Positions 37,327-51,317 of a stretch of DNA of 60,000 nt are shown here, piece after piece; position 1 is the stretch's first letter; every line of letters starts with the position of its first letter. The stretch comes from Callorhinchus milii (taxonomy: Eukaryota). The translations under genes and the position numbers were made by a program. The notes under the pieces are model-generated. The model had not been told where the DNA came from, searched no databases, and saw only the letters and a program-made list of their open reading frames with translations. The stretch is from assembly GCF_018977255.1 (NCBI RefSeq), contig NW_024704743.1, positions 112,346,001 to 112,406,000 of the forward strand, in the 5' to 3' direction.

Positions 37327-38149
37327 TTATCATAATTGCAACAAACATATCAGAAGTATGAATATAATAATGGAAGAATATAACAAATAATCTGTTTTTC
37401 AAATCTTTTGATCTCTAAACGTTCATCAGTGTTTGAGATGGAGAGGTGTTATGATTTCTGCCTTAATGCCAGCTACACTTACAAACAGAAAGATGTCTTT
37501 GTGGCAAAATGATCAATGTGGAGAACAGTTCTCTATCTGTAGGGGGCACAATTGTTCCAGAGTAACAAAGGCAGAGATATAGTCAGCGAGACAACAGAGT
37601 TTTAGGTTTTTACAAAACTACCGTGCTCAGTTTTCAAGAAGCAAAGATAACATTCTATTCATACTCAATTGTCATTTTAAGAGTCAATTTAGAAATAATT
37701 TTTAATGCTCTTATTTCATAATGTCAAAAAAATTGTGACTCTTTAATCTGATCAACAGTATCACACTTGTGCGATGATGGGCGCTTTATAACCATGTTGT
37801 GGTTTGCATCAGTAATAAAATAATCCTCACAGATGTTAATATTGGACACGGATTTAGCAGAATACTTGATTCTGAAGTGATTCTGATTGCAAAGAAAAGG
37901 TTGCTTCAATCAAGAAATGCCACCTGCCCCTTTCTGGGAACAAAGCATTAATGCTTGGAAATGGTTGAATACTCAAATAAATTAAAGATACTGCCCTGAT
38001 CCCAATGAGGCTATTTTCCCGAAGGCCTTAGTTTATTTTCTAAGCATTTGATGTTGTTTTACCATTTAGATAATAATAATAATAATCCTTACATGTGCAT
38101 TATCAAGATGGAACATTGTTTCAAAGCAATCCATAGAACCTTTATGAAC

Positions 38150-39970
38150 AATCAGTGTTTCGGACATGAGCTGGTGGTTGGGATCAGGGTGGGTTGAGAG
38201 CAGGAGGGAAAGGAGGGTGACCGAAGGCACGGTCGAAGAGGGTCTTGAGACGGGTCTTGAAGGAAGCAAGAGAGGGGGCGAGGCAGAATGACTGCGGGAT
38301 TGAGTTCCAGAGGATGGGTGCAGAGTGGCAGAGGCCCACCCATCAGTGGTGGAGCGAGCGAGGTGGGGGACATGAAGCAGGCCAGAACCTGCTGAGCGGA
38401 GGGAGTAGGCAGGTTGGTAGGGGTTTAGAAAGTCGCAGCGGTAGTGGGGAGCAAGGCAATGGAGGACTTTGAAGGTGAGGACCAGGATTTTGAACTGTAT
38501 CCTCTTTGTGATGGGAAGCCAGTGGTGTCGAACAAGAGTGGGGGTGACGTGGTTGAAGAGCCTGGTGCGGGAAAGGACACAGGCTACAGTGTTCTGGATG
38601 ATCCGCAGCCTATGAAGGGAGGAGTTGGGGAGGCCGACAAGCAGAGAGTTTGCATAATCAAGCCTGGATGTTATGAATCCGTGTATCAGGGTTTTGGCAG
38701 CCTGCAGTGTGAGACAGTGGCAGAGCCAGGCGATGTTGTGGAGGTGGGGGAAGGCAGAATAGGATATGGCATGGATGTGGGGTAGAAAGGATAGTTGAGG
38801 ATCAAACAAGAAGCCAAGGTTCCGGACTGGCTTAGTAAGGTGGAGTGTGCATCCTTGGATGGTGATGCTGTCAGCCTGAGGTCTGGAGGCGCTGACGGGA
38901 GCCAATCAGGAGAGCCTCGATCTTGTTGATGTTCAACTGTAGAAAATTACCTCTCCACCAGGACTTCATGTCTGACAGACATTCTGTCAGGACAACAATA
39001 GTCCTGGACTCGAGAGTGGAGGCAGAGAGATAGAATTGGGTGTCTTCCGCATACGAGTGGAAATTGACCCTATGTCTGCAGATGATGTCACCAAGAGGGA
39101 GCATATAGGTATTGAAAAGGAGGGGACCAAGGACAGGACCTGAGGAACACTGCACGAGCCGGTGCGGGGCCTAGAGGAGAAGTTTTTGTTGAGATGAAGT
39201 GGAGACGGTGTGTGAGGTAGGATCTGAACCATTCATGGACAGAAACATGAAGGTTGAGGTGAGAAGAGAGGAGATATAATGGTCAATGGTATCAAAGGCA
39301 GCAGAGAGGTCAAGGATGATGAGGAGGGAGAGGGAGCTCTGGTCACAGATGGACAAAATTTCATTTGTCATTTTGACCAAAGCTGTTTCTGTGTTGCGGG
39401 CAGCACGGAAACCTGATTGGAGAGGTTCGTGAAGGGAGTGGTGGGAGAGGAAGGAGTGAAGCTGGGAAGCAACGACTCGTTCCAGGTCCTTGGAAAGAAA
39501 AGGGAGGCTAGAGATGGGGTGGTAGTTTGAGAGCAGGGATGGGTCCAGGGAGGGTTTCTTAAAGAAAGGAGTGATGACGGCCGTTTTTAGAGGGGTGTGA
39601 TGATGCCAGTGGACAGGAAGAGGATTATGATCTGTGAGTAGGTGGGCAAGTTGGTGGAGCTGGGAGGTAAGGCGAGGGGTAGGGATGAAGTCGAGGGAAT
39701 AGGTGGTTGGTTTCATGTGGTTTATGATGATGATGAGAAAGGAGGGGGAGACAGGTTCAAAGGTGTGGAGGGAGGGATGGGTAGGAGATGGGGAGGGGGT
39801 AGTAGTCGGAAGGGCAGAAGCAGCTGAGTGGATCCCCTCAACTTTGGTTTAGAGGAAGTCCAGCATCTCTTCGCAGTTGGCGTTGGAGGAGAGGATGGGC
39901 GAGGCATGAGAGGGTGGGTGGAAGAGCCGGTTTGTGATGGAGAAGAGGAGCCTGGGGTTGTCCTTAGCCT
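38150..39970 (-). mobile_element. L2 LINE ORF2 (reverse transcriptase) pseudo-copy, ~1.8 kb
   Basis: KTAVITP..KKPSLDP..LSNYHPIS.LPFLSK.LER, QSGFR, TETAL, LDLSAAFDTIDH, PVLGPLLF, YAEDTQ and SRLDYANSLL, spread over several frames. Confidence 0.95.
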
Positions 39971-40214
39971 CCAAGATGGTCTTGGAGTAGAAACCTGTTG
40001 TATGTTGCTTGGGTTTTGTTGTACTTCATTTTATCTCCTCACTCTTTAGATCATCAGCTTTGCACCTTTAACCTACTATAATGTTTTCCATCAGGCAAGA
40101 TGGTAGAAGAATCCAGCCACCAGATTTCTCAACATCTTTGTTAACAAAATGTTATGGTGGTACTATACAAGGTGGATAGAGAATATCCATCACCTGTTAC
40201 ATTCATAGAAATAT

Positions 40215-40690
40215 ACAACAACAAAATTACATTTGTAGTGTCTTTCACATCAGGAGGACGTCCCAAGGCGCTAGACAGTCAGTGTTTCGGATCCGAGCTG
40301 GTGGTTGGGATTGGGGATGGTGGAGGGCAGGGGGGGAAGGAGGGTGATCGAAGGCATGGTCAAAGAAGGGGGTCTTGAGATGGGTCTTGAAAGAGGCAAG
40401 GGAGGGGGCAAAGCAGAGGGACTGTGGGATGGATTTCCAGAGGGTGGAGGCAGAATGGCTGAAGCCTCGCCCGCCAATGGTGAGGTGGACAAGGTGGGGG
40501 ACGTGAAGCAGGCCAGAGCCCTCTGAGCGTAGAGAGCGGGCAGGTTGGTAGAGGGTTAGGAGGTCACAGAGGTAGGGGTGCAAGGCCATGGAGGGCTTTG
40601 ATGGTGAGAACCAGGATCTTGAACTGTAACCTCTGTGTGATGGGAAGCCAGTATAGTCGGGTGAGGATGGGGGTGATAAGGTCACGGAGC
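40215..40690 (-). mobile_element. L2 ORF2 3' fragment (type A)
   Basis: YLCDLLTLYQPARSLRS..SGLL.VP and GGRGFSHSASTLWKSIP; tail at 40215-40275. Confidence 0.9.
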
Positions 40691-41224
40691 ATGTAAATCT
40701 TTATTTTGAATACCATGAATGTCGATCTGAAGAGCACAAACATCGCAATGAGTAATCAGTGATAATTGTAAAATAGATTCAGATGAAGAAAGGCCTTTGG
40801 CTTATTTCAAGCACTTTGAGGCATCCTCCTGATATTAAAAAGGCACAATGTAAATGTAAATTGTATAGTAGTTGATCTCTTCCTTCCACAATCCCTAAAT
40901 TATTTACTTTACTTTGCAGGATTTCAAAAGAATCCAGGGTCCCATCCTCAGCTACTTCCTTGCTCCAGCTGTTGATCACCCTCTGTACAACAAAATGCTT
41001 CCTGATGATGGATCTAAAAAGTTAGAAGAAAAATTAAAATCCAATTGGAGGAGAGATTGACTTAGAAACCAATAAATAAATAGCACGTTGTCTCTGAGCA
41101 GCCAGATTACTCCTTCATCTTCTCACAGACGGTCGGTATGAGATAAGGAACTCATTATGGAACAGCATGTAGAAGCTAGTGACCGTAGAATACTAATATT
41201 AATAATCATTGTATGTGATGTAAT

Positions 41225-41792
41225 GGAGTCCTGTAGCTCAGTGGTTAGAGCACTTGCCTCGCAAGTGGGAGACTTGGGTTTGATTCCTGGCAGGGCGAAA
41301 TGTTGGGCAAGTTTGCTTACTCCACACGCCTCTGTTTACCTAACAGGAAGTAGGTACCTGGATGTTAGTCGAATCGCTTTTCCAGGGGTAATAATTCCTT
41401 CCAAAAAAATATATTAATAATAAATTGGTCACTTCTATCCACGACTGCTTGGGAGACACTGCTATGCTATGCGCTATGTGGAATCCTGTAGCTCAGGGGT
41501 TAGAGCACTCGCTTTGCAAGCAAGAGACCTGAGTTCAATTCCAGGCAGGGCGAAACCTTGGGCAAGTTTCCTTACTCCACACCCCTAATAATAATCCCTC
41601 CAAAACGAAAAACAATAATAAATTTCAACTACGACTGTTTGTGGGACATTGCTGTGCGCAATTGGCTGCCGCGTTCGCCCACAAATATACAGTCAATTCA
41701 CTTTACAGTGTGTTCTGTGAAGCGCTTTGGGACGTCCTCCCGATGTGAAAAGCGCTACATCAAATGCAAGGATTATTATTATTATTATTATT
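41225..41792 (+). mobile_element. long-form SINE (41225-~41470) followed by a complete short-form SINE (41478-41792)
   Basis: Two heads in tandem; the first copy breaks off inside the Deu-like region. Confidence 0.9.
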
Positions 41793-42319
41793 GTTGTTTG
41801 TTGTTCTGCTTCCCCATCCAAGGTACCTTTTCCTGTAAGCTGGTATTTGAAAATAACTGAAGTGAATCTGTCCATATTGTTCTGGCTGTTTGTGGGACAT
41901 TGCTGTGTGCAAATTGGCTGTTGCGTTTGCCTCCAAAATACAGTCAACTCACTTTACAGTAAATCCTGTGAAGCATTTTGAGACGTTGGCCTAACATGAC
42001 AGGCGCTGTGTCAAAGGGGAGATTTATTATAGCTTAATTAGTATTCCTACAGGTTCATCAATCCATTTCTGGCATCAGAAACACATGATAGAGACTACTA
42101 AGCTTTATCTCCAAATGATAAATATGTCATACCATGTGAATGAACTTTCTGTCACTCAGAATCTTCCTTTCAGTAACTATCCCCTTTGTATATGAAAAGT
42201 ATGATGAAGAGTCCTAAAATATAGGATCTATGTGATAGTTGTGATCTCTGGTGATACATATTTCCATCATTGATTTACATGTGGGACCACACCATTGGCC
42301 CTCCATTCATGCCTTGCAC

Positions 42320-42750
42320 ACAAATATACAGTCAATTCACTTTACAGTCTATTCTGTGAAGCACTTTGGGACGTCCTCCCGACGTGAAAATTAGATTTTA
42401 TTAGATTTTCCTCCTTGTTTCTCACACTCTCTCAGTAATAATCCCTCCAAAACCAAAAACAATAATAAATTGGTCATTTTCAATCTACGACTGTTTGTGG
42501 GACATTGCTGTGCGCAATTGGCTGCCGCGTTCGCCCACAAATATACAGTCAATTCACTTTACAGTGTGTTCTGTGAAGCGCTTTGGGACGTCCTCCTGAC
42601 GTGAAAAGCTCTATATCAAATGCAAGGATTATTATTATTATAAATGGCTGCCGATTTTTGTCCACAAACTGTAGTCAATTCATTTGACAGTATTTTCTGA
42701 GATGTCTCGAAGACATGATAAGGCTATTGCAAATGCAAGGATTATTATTC
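42320..42750 (+). mobile_element. cluster of 5'-truncated young SINE pieces
   Basis: Tail piece 42320-42390, body and tail 42435-42640, older tail 42645-42750. Confidence 0.85.
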
Positions 42751-43589
42751 AAGGGTTATTATTATTTTTATTAATGCTTTATCACATCATCAAAACATCT
42801 CAAAGGATGTACTGTAAAGTATATTGACTGTGCTTTTGTTGGCAAATGAGGCAGCCAATTTGCACATAGCAAAGTTCCACAAACCACCATAAAGCAAATT
42901 ACCAATTTTATTTTGAGGATGGTTGGTCAGGACATTGAAAAATCTCCCTTGATGTTCCATAGTATCCTAAAGTCCAACAGAACAGCCGGACAACCTTTAC
43001 TATGAGTTCAATGGCCAAACATGGAGCTTGAACCTACAATCTCAAAGGGATCACAATCATAAAACTACCTAAGATAAGTCTTTCTCATCCACCTCTCAGC
43101 ATATTGGTAACAACAACAATAAAAGCCATTATAATGATTCTCAGTCTACAAATTGATGTATTACATTATTTCTTTATTCTCAACTCACAACAATCCAATA
43201 CTCCAACCATAAACCCCAAACTCCAGTTACCCTCCCAGAATCTTTTATACTTCCTGCTCCTATCTCGTTGATTCTTACTTAATTGCCTTTTACATTTTAA
43301 AGGAATATCTTACAGTAGGTAGTTCAGATGGGAGCTGAGTAAGGTTACAGACATTAGGCTTGAAGCACTAGAGATGGATCCTTTCCTGTTGCAACCAATG
43401 ACCTATAATGATTGCCTGAACAAGCAGAGCTCCCCGGCTTTTCAAACCCACATTGCTAACAATGACATTTCACTTTGCCTGTAAAAAAAAACATTTTGTC
43501 TTAAAATTTAAAATCACACAGAACTGTGGATTATTCCTAAACTCGGTCTTAATTTAAAAGCCGCTTTTCTGCAGTTCTTAAGAACAACC

Positions 43590-43970
43590 ATAATAATAAT
43601 CCTTGCATTTGATATAGCACCCTATCACATCTTCAAGGCAGCTCAAAACGCTGCACAGAATATACTGCAAAGTGAATTGACAATATATTTTGTGGGCAAT
43701 ACATGGCAGCCATTTATGCACAGCAGTATCTCACAAACAATTGTGGGCTGAGTGACCCAATTATTTAAAAAAAGATTTTTTTGAAGGGATTATTACCCCT
43801 GAAAAAGTGATCCGTCAATCGACTAACTATCGGGTTCTTACTTACTGCTAGGTGAACAGAGCAAGTGGAGTAAGGAAACTTGTCCAATGTTTCGCCCTGC
43901 CCAGGAATCCAATCCAGGTCCTCTTGCTTGCGAGGCAAGTGCTCTAACCAACTGAACCACAGGACTCCAC
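43590..43970 (-). mobile_element. young tRNA-SINE, long form, full length
   Basis: Ends ACAGGACTCCAC, the reverse complement of the head. Confidence 0.9.
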
Positions 43971-45474
43971 GTTCCAAACCAAAAACTGAATTTAAGAATT
44001 TTCCACAATTCAGTGCTGTTTTAAATTTTTAAAGAAAATTATCTTATAGGTTAATATTAGTAGAAATTTGGGTCTCAGATGCCTTGTATATTTTGTATCT
44101 GGTAAACGGCAAAATACCTTTAATGTACAGTTACTAGACATTACAGTATATCTTGTGAAGCGTTTTGAGACATTCTCCTGAAGGGAAAAGTGCTATATCA
44201 AATGCATGGAATATTATTCTCACAAGACTGATTTGGATGAAGAAACCCATCTGATCTCATCCTTCCGGAATAACAACCCTACTGTATACCCATCAAGGCA
44301 TGAAGCTGCTTTTTAAATCAGTCATTGATTAACTGTTGGGTAAAGAAAAACTTTCTGGTGTCTGTCCTGAAATTGCCCTTTACAAATCTGAACCTATGTC
44401 CTCTTATTCTACTGTCTAATATATAATAATAATGAAAATAATAATGTTTTATTGCATGCTAAATTAATATCATACTAGCTTTCAAAAAGTTTGACTTCAT
44501 TAATCTGAATCATATGTTACTATCCTTAAATTGCAACTACCTGTATAAAATAAATGCATATAATGGAAGTTAAACATATTTTGATGTAATTTTTCCATAT
44601 TGTTGTGAACAGTTCAAATTAAGTACAATCGTATTAAGGATGGTCGATGGGATGGTCGCATTCAGCCGAAGTTCATCATTTCCCTTTGAGAATATTGCTG
44701 GCAACAAACTGCCTCAAAAATGTGCGGACAAAAGCCTTTCAGTCCTGCTGGTAAGGCTCATTTCTCTGAAGAGCATTTTCTTAGGATTCAGAAGAAAACA
44801 CAGCAGTGCCAAAATTCAAAGTATTTCACATGGCATCAGTCATCTTTGGACTGAAAATGTTTTTAAAAAATGATTCATAAGCCCGATCAGTAAAGAGAAA
44901 AGCACAATATGATTTTTGATGGTAATAAAATGGAAATATATAAACTGCTGATAGAGGAATGCCTTTGAGGGATTAAATGCTTTTTTTTGCGTTTAACTAA
45001 AAGCTGGCGATCTAGATTCAAAGCAGTATCTCTCAATTTCACTTTTTTTCTTGCAGAGATAGTGGTAGGTAACCCTCTTAATATAAATATTATGTTACGA
45101 CTGAATTTATTTATAGCTTACTCTAGAAATTCAGTACATTCATGGGTGGTTGTGGCACTTAGCCATACGCTGTGGCATACAGTACAATCCTTCTTTTCTA
45201 CACGATTTCCATGCATACGGTACACTTCATAGCTCAGATATTAACACGAGATGAAGTGTAAAAAGAGTCAACAGTGGCCTGGCCTGGCATTTGTTGTACA
45301 GTTAGGGCCCACTCCACGTTAGTGTTGAAATCTTTTCTTTTTTAAAAAGAAAAAAAAGCCTCAAAAATAGGAACAAATAAATGACTGTTCCTGGTCATAA
45401 TAACCATAATCCTTGTTTTTTATATATAGCACCCTTCTCTTCAGGAGGGTGTCTCAAAGTGTCAAGTCCCGTAA

Positions 45475-45895
45475 CCGTGTTTGGCTCACCATCCCCCAGA
45501 GGATAGAGTTCAAAATCCTCGTCCTCGCCTTCAAGGCCCCCCACGGCCTTGCTCCTTCCTACCTTTGCGGCCTGCTGACCCCAATATCAACCTGTCCACG
45601 CTCTCCACTCAGCAGCCTGCTCCATGTCATCTGCCCGGCCCACCCCATCATTGACGGGTGGACCTTTAGCCTTTCTGCCCCCACCCATTGAAACTCAATC
45701 CCACATTCCCTTCACCTCACTCCCTCCCTTACCTCCTTGAAGGCGCATCTCAAAACTCCTTTTCGACCGCGCCTTGCCCTCGAACCTCCCCGATCCCCAC
45801 CCCCAGCTTGAGTCTAAATCCATCATTGTCCAGCGCTTTGGGACATCCTCCCGACATGAAAGGCACTATACAGATGTAATTTTGTATTGTATTGT
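45475..45895 (+). mobile_element. L2 3' fragment (type A)
   Basis: WLTIPQRIEFKILVLAFKAPHGLAPSYL motif; tail GGGACATCCTCCCGACATGAAAGGCAC. Confidence 0.9.
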
Positions 45896-46624
45896 AAGTG
45901 AACACGGCAGAGTTTAACTTGCACATAGGAATGCCCCGTGGTCGGCTGTGAAGCAAGTGACCAATTTTATCTAGGAGATCGGTGGCCGGTACACTGGGAG
46001 AAACTCCTTTTTCTTTTTGAATGAAGTAATGGGATTTTTAACATCTACCTGAACAGACAGACAAAATAATCCGCTATTTTGACCTTTAAACTTTTGTGCT
46101 GCAGTTTCACACATCGGTCAATTATATACAAGTAAGGTTTCTGGGTCATAATTCAGTAATGCAGCTCCTCATTTATTATCACTATTGGTCTAGTTTCACG
46201 GCTACTAATCTGAGAGTAAGCGTCACTTAATATTTTAAAACGAGGTGATTAGCAACCAAAGGTGACTCCGAAAGGTTACTATAGAGTCACGAGAATTCTT
46301 CACGAGTTATGAAAAAATCTAAACTCAGCATCTTTGAGTATGAAAGGGTTTGCTGCACAGTGAGAATCAGTCAGATTATTGGCAAGGATCCTAGTTGCTT
46401 CAACACTTATTAAATATACAGGATCATGAATACCCTAGAAATTTCCTAGAATAGTCTCCTCAATCACTGTGGCTGCTTCTTTCACAATAGCAGCAGGGAA
46501 CAAGGGAGACCCTGGCAGATTTCTATGAAGACCACTTATTAAACTTACGCAGAATGTAAAGTGCCAAACACATTTAAGCAAGTCGGGCAGCCACAGTGCG
46601 GCTTTGTAGTCATAGGGAGAAATT

Positions 46625-46856
46625 AATCGATTGGTGGATCACTTTTTGTGGGGGTAATAATTCCTTCAAAAAAAATAATAAAAAATTGGTCACTCAATCC
46701 ACGACTGTTTGTGGGACATTACTGTGTGCAATTGGCTGCCGTGTTTCACCCACAAAATATACAGTCAATTAACTTTACAGTCTGTTCTGTGAAGCATTTT
46801 GAGACGTCTCGAAGACATAATCAGGTGCTACATCAAATGCAAGGATTATTATTATT
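46625..46856 (+). mobile_element. young SINE, 5'-truncated long form
   Basis: GATTGGTGGATCAC..GGGGTAATAAT, Deu-like region, tail. Confidence 0.85.
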
Positions 46857-47869
46857 AGACAGCTTCCAGGGACAGTTTGAATAATGGTTTTACGTGAATC
46901 AACCCCACTGCTAATGGAATGATGTTCCAAGAAGCGACTGCAATATTGTCAGCGCCTTGGGCCGTCCTCCCGACGTGAAAGGCGCTCTATAAATGTAATT
47001 TTGTTGTTGTTGTATTTTGGAGACCATCCTATTTCGATCCTTGCAACGATTTAGGAAATATTTGTAATTGACACAATTGCTTTCAACAGCTTACAGTTAG
47101 AATGCAAGAGGAAATCCGTGATATGAAAGGTGTCCTCTTGCACTTTCCGAGAGGCACCAAGGGGTTAAGAAATACAGGCAAAGCAGTAATGAGCATGTGT
47201 TGTGGATAGCAGTGCAGGCAATGTTAACGTATGACTGAGCGTGGTCTGCTAATAGCAGTCTGACAGATATCATCACTTGACCACCACTGAACTTGAATTT
47301 AGCTCAAGACTACAGTGTGTGTGACACTAAATATCTACCACCACAAGATCACGTGGCAGTGGAACGCATGATGAGAACTGGTCATGTACTGCAGCTGAGA
47401 AATGACAATCACATCACTGCAAAACTAACCAAGATTCAGAGGCAGACTCCCATTACACCAACTGCAAATCAGACCTCCACAGACTAAAGAAGTATTGGGC
47501 AACAAACACACTGATTGCGCTCAAACTCCCATACAACTGAGAATGGCCAAAGTCTGACACTACTCCATCAGGTAAATCAGACATTCTCCTGCTGTTACGT
47601 CATAAAGTAATAAGGTGTGGGTTCAGGCCTACTGCTCCCCATATCCCAAATTTTTCTAATACTGTCAGTGAACGCTATTGAGCTGAAGCAGTGTCTAGAA
47701 CTTCCTAATAGAGAAGAAGGGTAATTCATACCCTTCTCATATATCTCTGGCACATCCAGTTGACTGCCGGATGCTGTGGATTTACTAGGCAGTTTCACCC
47801 AAAAAATTTATAGTAAATCCATTTTCCAATCTATTCTGTGAAGCGCTTCGAAACTCAACAATGTGACGC

Positions 47870-48270
47870 TACAACAACAACAGCAACAGCAACAACTTGG
47901 ATTTATATAGCGCCCTTCACGCCAGACGGCGTCTCAGAGTGCTTTACAGTAATGGATCCTGGGGCCGAGCCAGGGGGAGGGGGAGGAATGTGACCAAAGG
48001 GGCGGTTGAAAAGAAAGGTCTTCAGCAGAGACCTGAAAATGGGAAGAGAGGAAGCGAGGCGAAGGGAGTGAGGAAGGGAGTTCCAGAGCCTCAGGACATA
48101 GTGTCTGAAGGCATAGCTGCTGAGGGTGGAGCAGAGGACTCGGGGGACAAGGAGGAGGCCAGACCCGGAGGAACAAAGGCAACAGGCACTGTTTTGAGGA
48201 GAGAGGAGGTCAGAGAGGTAGGGGAGGATGCAGAGGAGTGGAGGGATTTGAAGACAAGGGTGAGGATTAG
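47870..48270 (-). mobile_element. L2 3' fragment (type B)
   Basis: CTTGGATTTATATAGCGCCCTTCACGCCAGACGGCGTCTCAGAG tail; similar to 28396-28722. Confidence 0.9.
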
Positions 48271-50339
48271 ACAGCTTCCAGGGACATCAAATGCAAGTAT
48301 TATTATTAACATACAAAAGATCTTAAGGCAGTGCTGAATATTCTGGAGAGATTTTAATACCATTTCAATATATGTTATGGTTTTAATACTAACTTAACAC
48401 CACTTTCAGTGTGAATAATGACTGTTTTCCACTTCTACACTGTAGGATCCTTCCGAGTCCCAGAAGGACTGGAATGCATGGAATTAGAGTCTCTCTTGGT
48501 TTTAAAGTCTATTGTCCAGGCCACTAACACCTTATAGAACAATTCTTCCAGATGCATACAATTCTCTGAGAATCAATCAAAAAGTTCAGAAACAATTCCT
48601 TGAGGCTTCAGGAGGTCCACAAAAAGATGAGGGACATTACTGTCTTCTAACCACAATACCAACTGGTGGTCAGAGAAGCGTCTACCTCCTGCAGTGGAGC
48701 CATCGAAGTTTCCCTGCAGGAGACACGTGAGTGCTGTGGGCTGGGGTTAGATGGACCCATGGTTCCCTTAAACGACACACTCCAATTTAGTGTCAAAGTG
48801 AGTCAGACAGAGGAGCAGTTTTTGGTGACAGACGTCCCAAACATTTGTGCACTTGGCGAGTTGTAGTTGTTAAATAATATCTGAGTTTTGGTTGAAGTTC
48901 ATGTTTTCCAGCAATTCAATATTCAGTTTGACTGCTTACCGTCACCTCGTCCCTCCCACTGGCTCAGCCTCAGGCTGCACTCTGAGACGCTGTCATGCTT
49001 GAAGTGTGCTATGTAAATGCAAGTTATTGTTGTTGTACCCAAAACTCGCTCCAGGATATATAAAGTGCTATTTGGAAATATGGTTCATCACATGGTTTCG
49101 GTTTTGAAAATTGTAATAATGATCCTCACATTAGCTTTGGTAAATCCTTTCATGTCAAAAGGACATCTCATAATGCTTCACAGGATATATGGAAAGTGCA
49201 GTGACTAGGTGTTTTGTGGCCGAACAAAACAGCCAAATAGTGTACAGTAATGTCCGACAAACAGACATTTTGCCATTTTTATTTGGAGGACTGGGTGTCA
49301 ATTCCAAGCCAATGAATATTTGTCTGAATTTGGTCTGAATATAGAATTGCAATGTCCTTCACACACATTTTTATTTCATAATCATAAAAATATTCCTTGA
49401 CAGCTGTTTTTAGTATGAAACACATTAAAAAATCAGTAATTGCCAAATTTCATCGAGAAGCAACAGTCAAAATGGAAGCAATTATTTTGCTGGCTGGTAA
49501 ATCTATCAAGGCTGGCGGGTGAACATTTATTTTTCTCTGCTGCTGAATTTATTGACAAGAATATTTTTTACCTTTAGTAAAATATGTTTTTCTTGGTAAC
49601 AGTTCTTCTGTTTTCTTCTCAAATGTAATTCAATGATTAAATGGTTTGCAAAGTAGCTTTCTTTCAATACATAAAATGAGTCCTGCAAGTATACAGAGCA
49701 TTTATCTGTAGTGAACTGTTTCTCAGTCACTCAGTGGTACAACAACAACAACAACAATTATAATCCTTGTATTTGATATAGCATCATTCAAGTTGGGAGG
49801 TCAGCTCAGAGTATGTCACAGCAGTTACTGTATTTCATATGCAAACACTTTAGCCAATTTGTGCACAGCAATGTTCCCAAAACGGCCATGAACTGAATGA
49901 CCATTTTTTTAAAGTATATCTGGGGGATTGTTGGCCAGGACACTGGGAGAAAATCCCTTCAAACTGAATAGAAATGCACTGTTCATTTAAACTTTATACT
50001 TATGTAACCGATCACCTCTCTCTAACTGTGTCTCTCTTTTATATGTAGATATTTACTAGATATGACGACAGCACAAATTATTTTGGTTATTTCCATTTTA
50101 TTCACATTTCCAATGAGTTAAATGGAGATGGTTTCAGCACCTCAAAGAAACAGCTGACAAATTACAGTGTATGAAGCTTGCTTGCAGTTTTTATTTTCAA
50201 CTGAGCAAGCAAAGCTGATGAAATACCTATGGTTCTGACTTCTGTTTCTTTTCTCATGACTATAGTTACATTTCTCGGTAAGATATTTAATACTGTAAGC
50301 GTGTTGTTATCTTCAAGGCATTCATTGTATTTGAGGCTA

Positions 50340-50503
50340 GAACTGCTGCCTTGATCCAATGTTTATTTGAAGGAGGTTTTACATGTGGTGCACATCTGAC
50401 TTCTTTGCTTCTCGAGTTCGGCCTGACAATTACGGATCAATGCTAATCGGAAGAGCCAAATCTAATCTTTCTATTCTGAGTCCACGTGAGGAACCCGGCA
50501 GAA
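50340..50503 (-). other. weak candidate terminal exon
   Basis: Acceptor ttattcttatcctacag| at 50504, locally CpG-richer unique sequence, early stops in all frames, minus-strand AATAAA at 50362-50367. Confidence 0.25.
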
Positions 50504-51317
50504 CTGTAGGATAAGAATAAATCTGAAACACAACTTCTTATTAAATCTCAAGCACTTTGTGAAATCAATTTGATTGAAATTCCTGGCCTGATTATTATCC
50601 GCACTGTCATTATATCACATTTCAGCCCTTGTTACCTTGGCATGGGTTGAAATGTGAAAAGTGTTTTGATTTTCTGGCTTTAGCAGAATTTTAAAGAGAG
50701 CAATTTTTGCTCACACAAATATTACAGACATGATAGAATATGTCCCACCACCTAGACACTCAAACACTGATCCCTTCGAAGTTTTTTGTGACAATGGCCA
50801 ATTGATGTGGAAGTTAATTCATATTCTGCAGTGAAACTATCATTGGGCAAATCTTATCTCAAGTTGAACAAAGACAATGTGGGAACTACAGCATGAATTG
50901 TTTCAGAATGAGTTAGATTGGAGAGATGAGCTGATTTTTTAAAATATATATTTTGTCAAACAGGGCTTCTTAATTGCTTCAAAAGTACAAAACTAGCAGG
51001 GTAATCTGCAATAACTTGGAACGAAAATTGCCTGGCTGTGCTTTATTTGTCTAAGTGCGATGGGATGGAAAATGTGATGGTTCTTGGCAGATTCGATGTG
51101 ACAATAGCACAAACTTTCAGATCAGTCTAACCCTAATGCTTAAAATGGGACTAAGTGTTGGAGCTGCCAATTTTAGCATTGCATTATTCCACTGCTGTGT
51201 AAGTTTAATCATTTGAACCATCATGTCACTGTGCAATGTTATACTTCAAAGATCAACAAACATATTTATGTTAAACAATTGCAGGAGGGCTCTGATATAT
51301 AATAACGTAAGTGATAA

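Noticed and set aside
37831..37900. Possible plus-strand exon (xVNIGHGFSRILDSEVILIAKKR)
   Set aside because: No polypyrimidine tract, weak donor (GTTGCT), no partner exons.
38066..39716. Reverse transcriptase ORFs as a retron, DGR or domesticated RT system
   Set aside because: Standard L2 ORF2 motifs with frameshifts and a degenerate catalytic motif (YAEDTQ); 5'-truncated relic.
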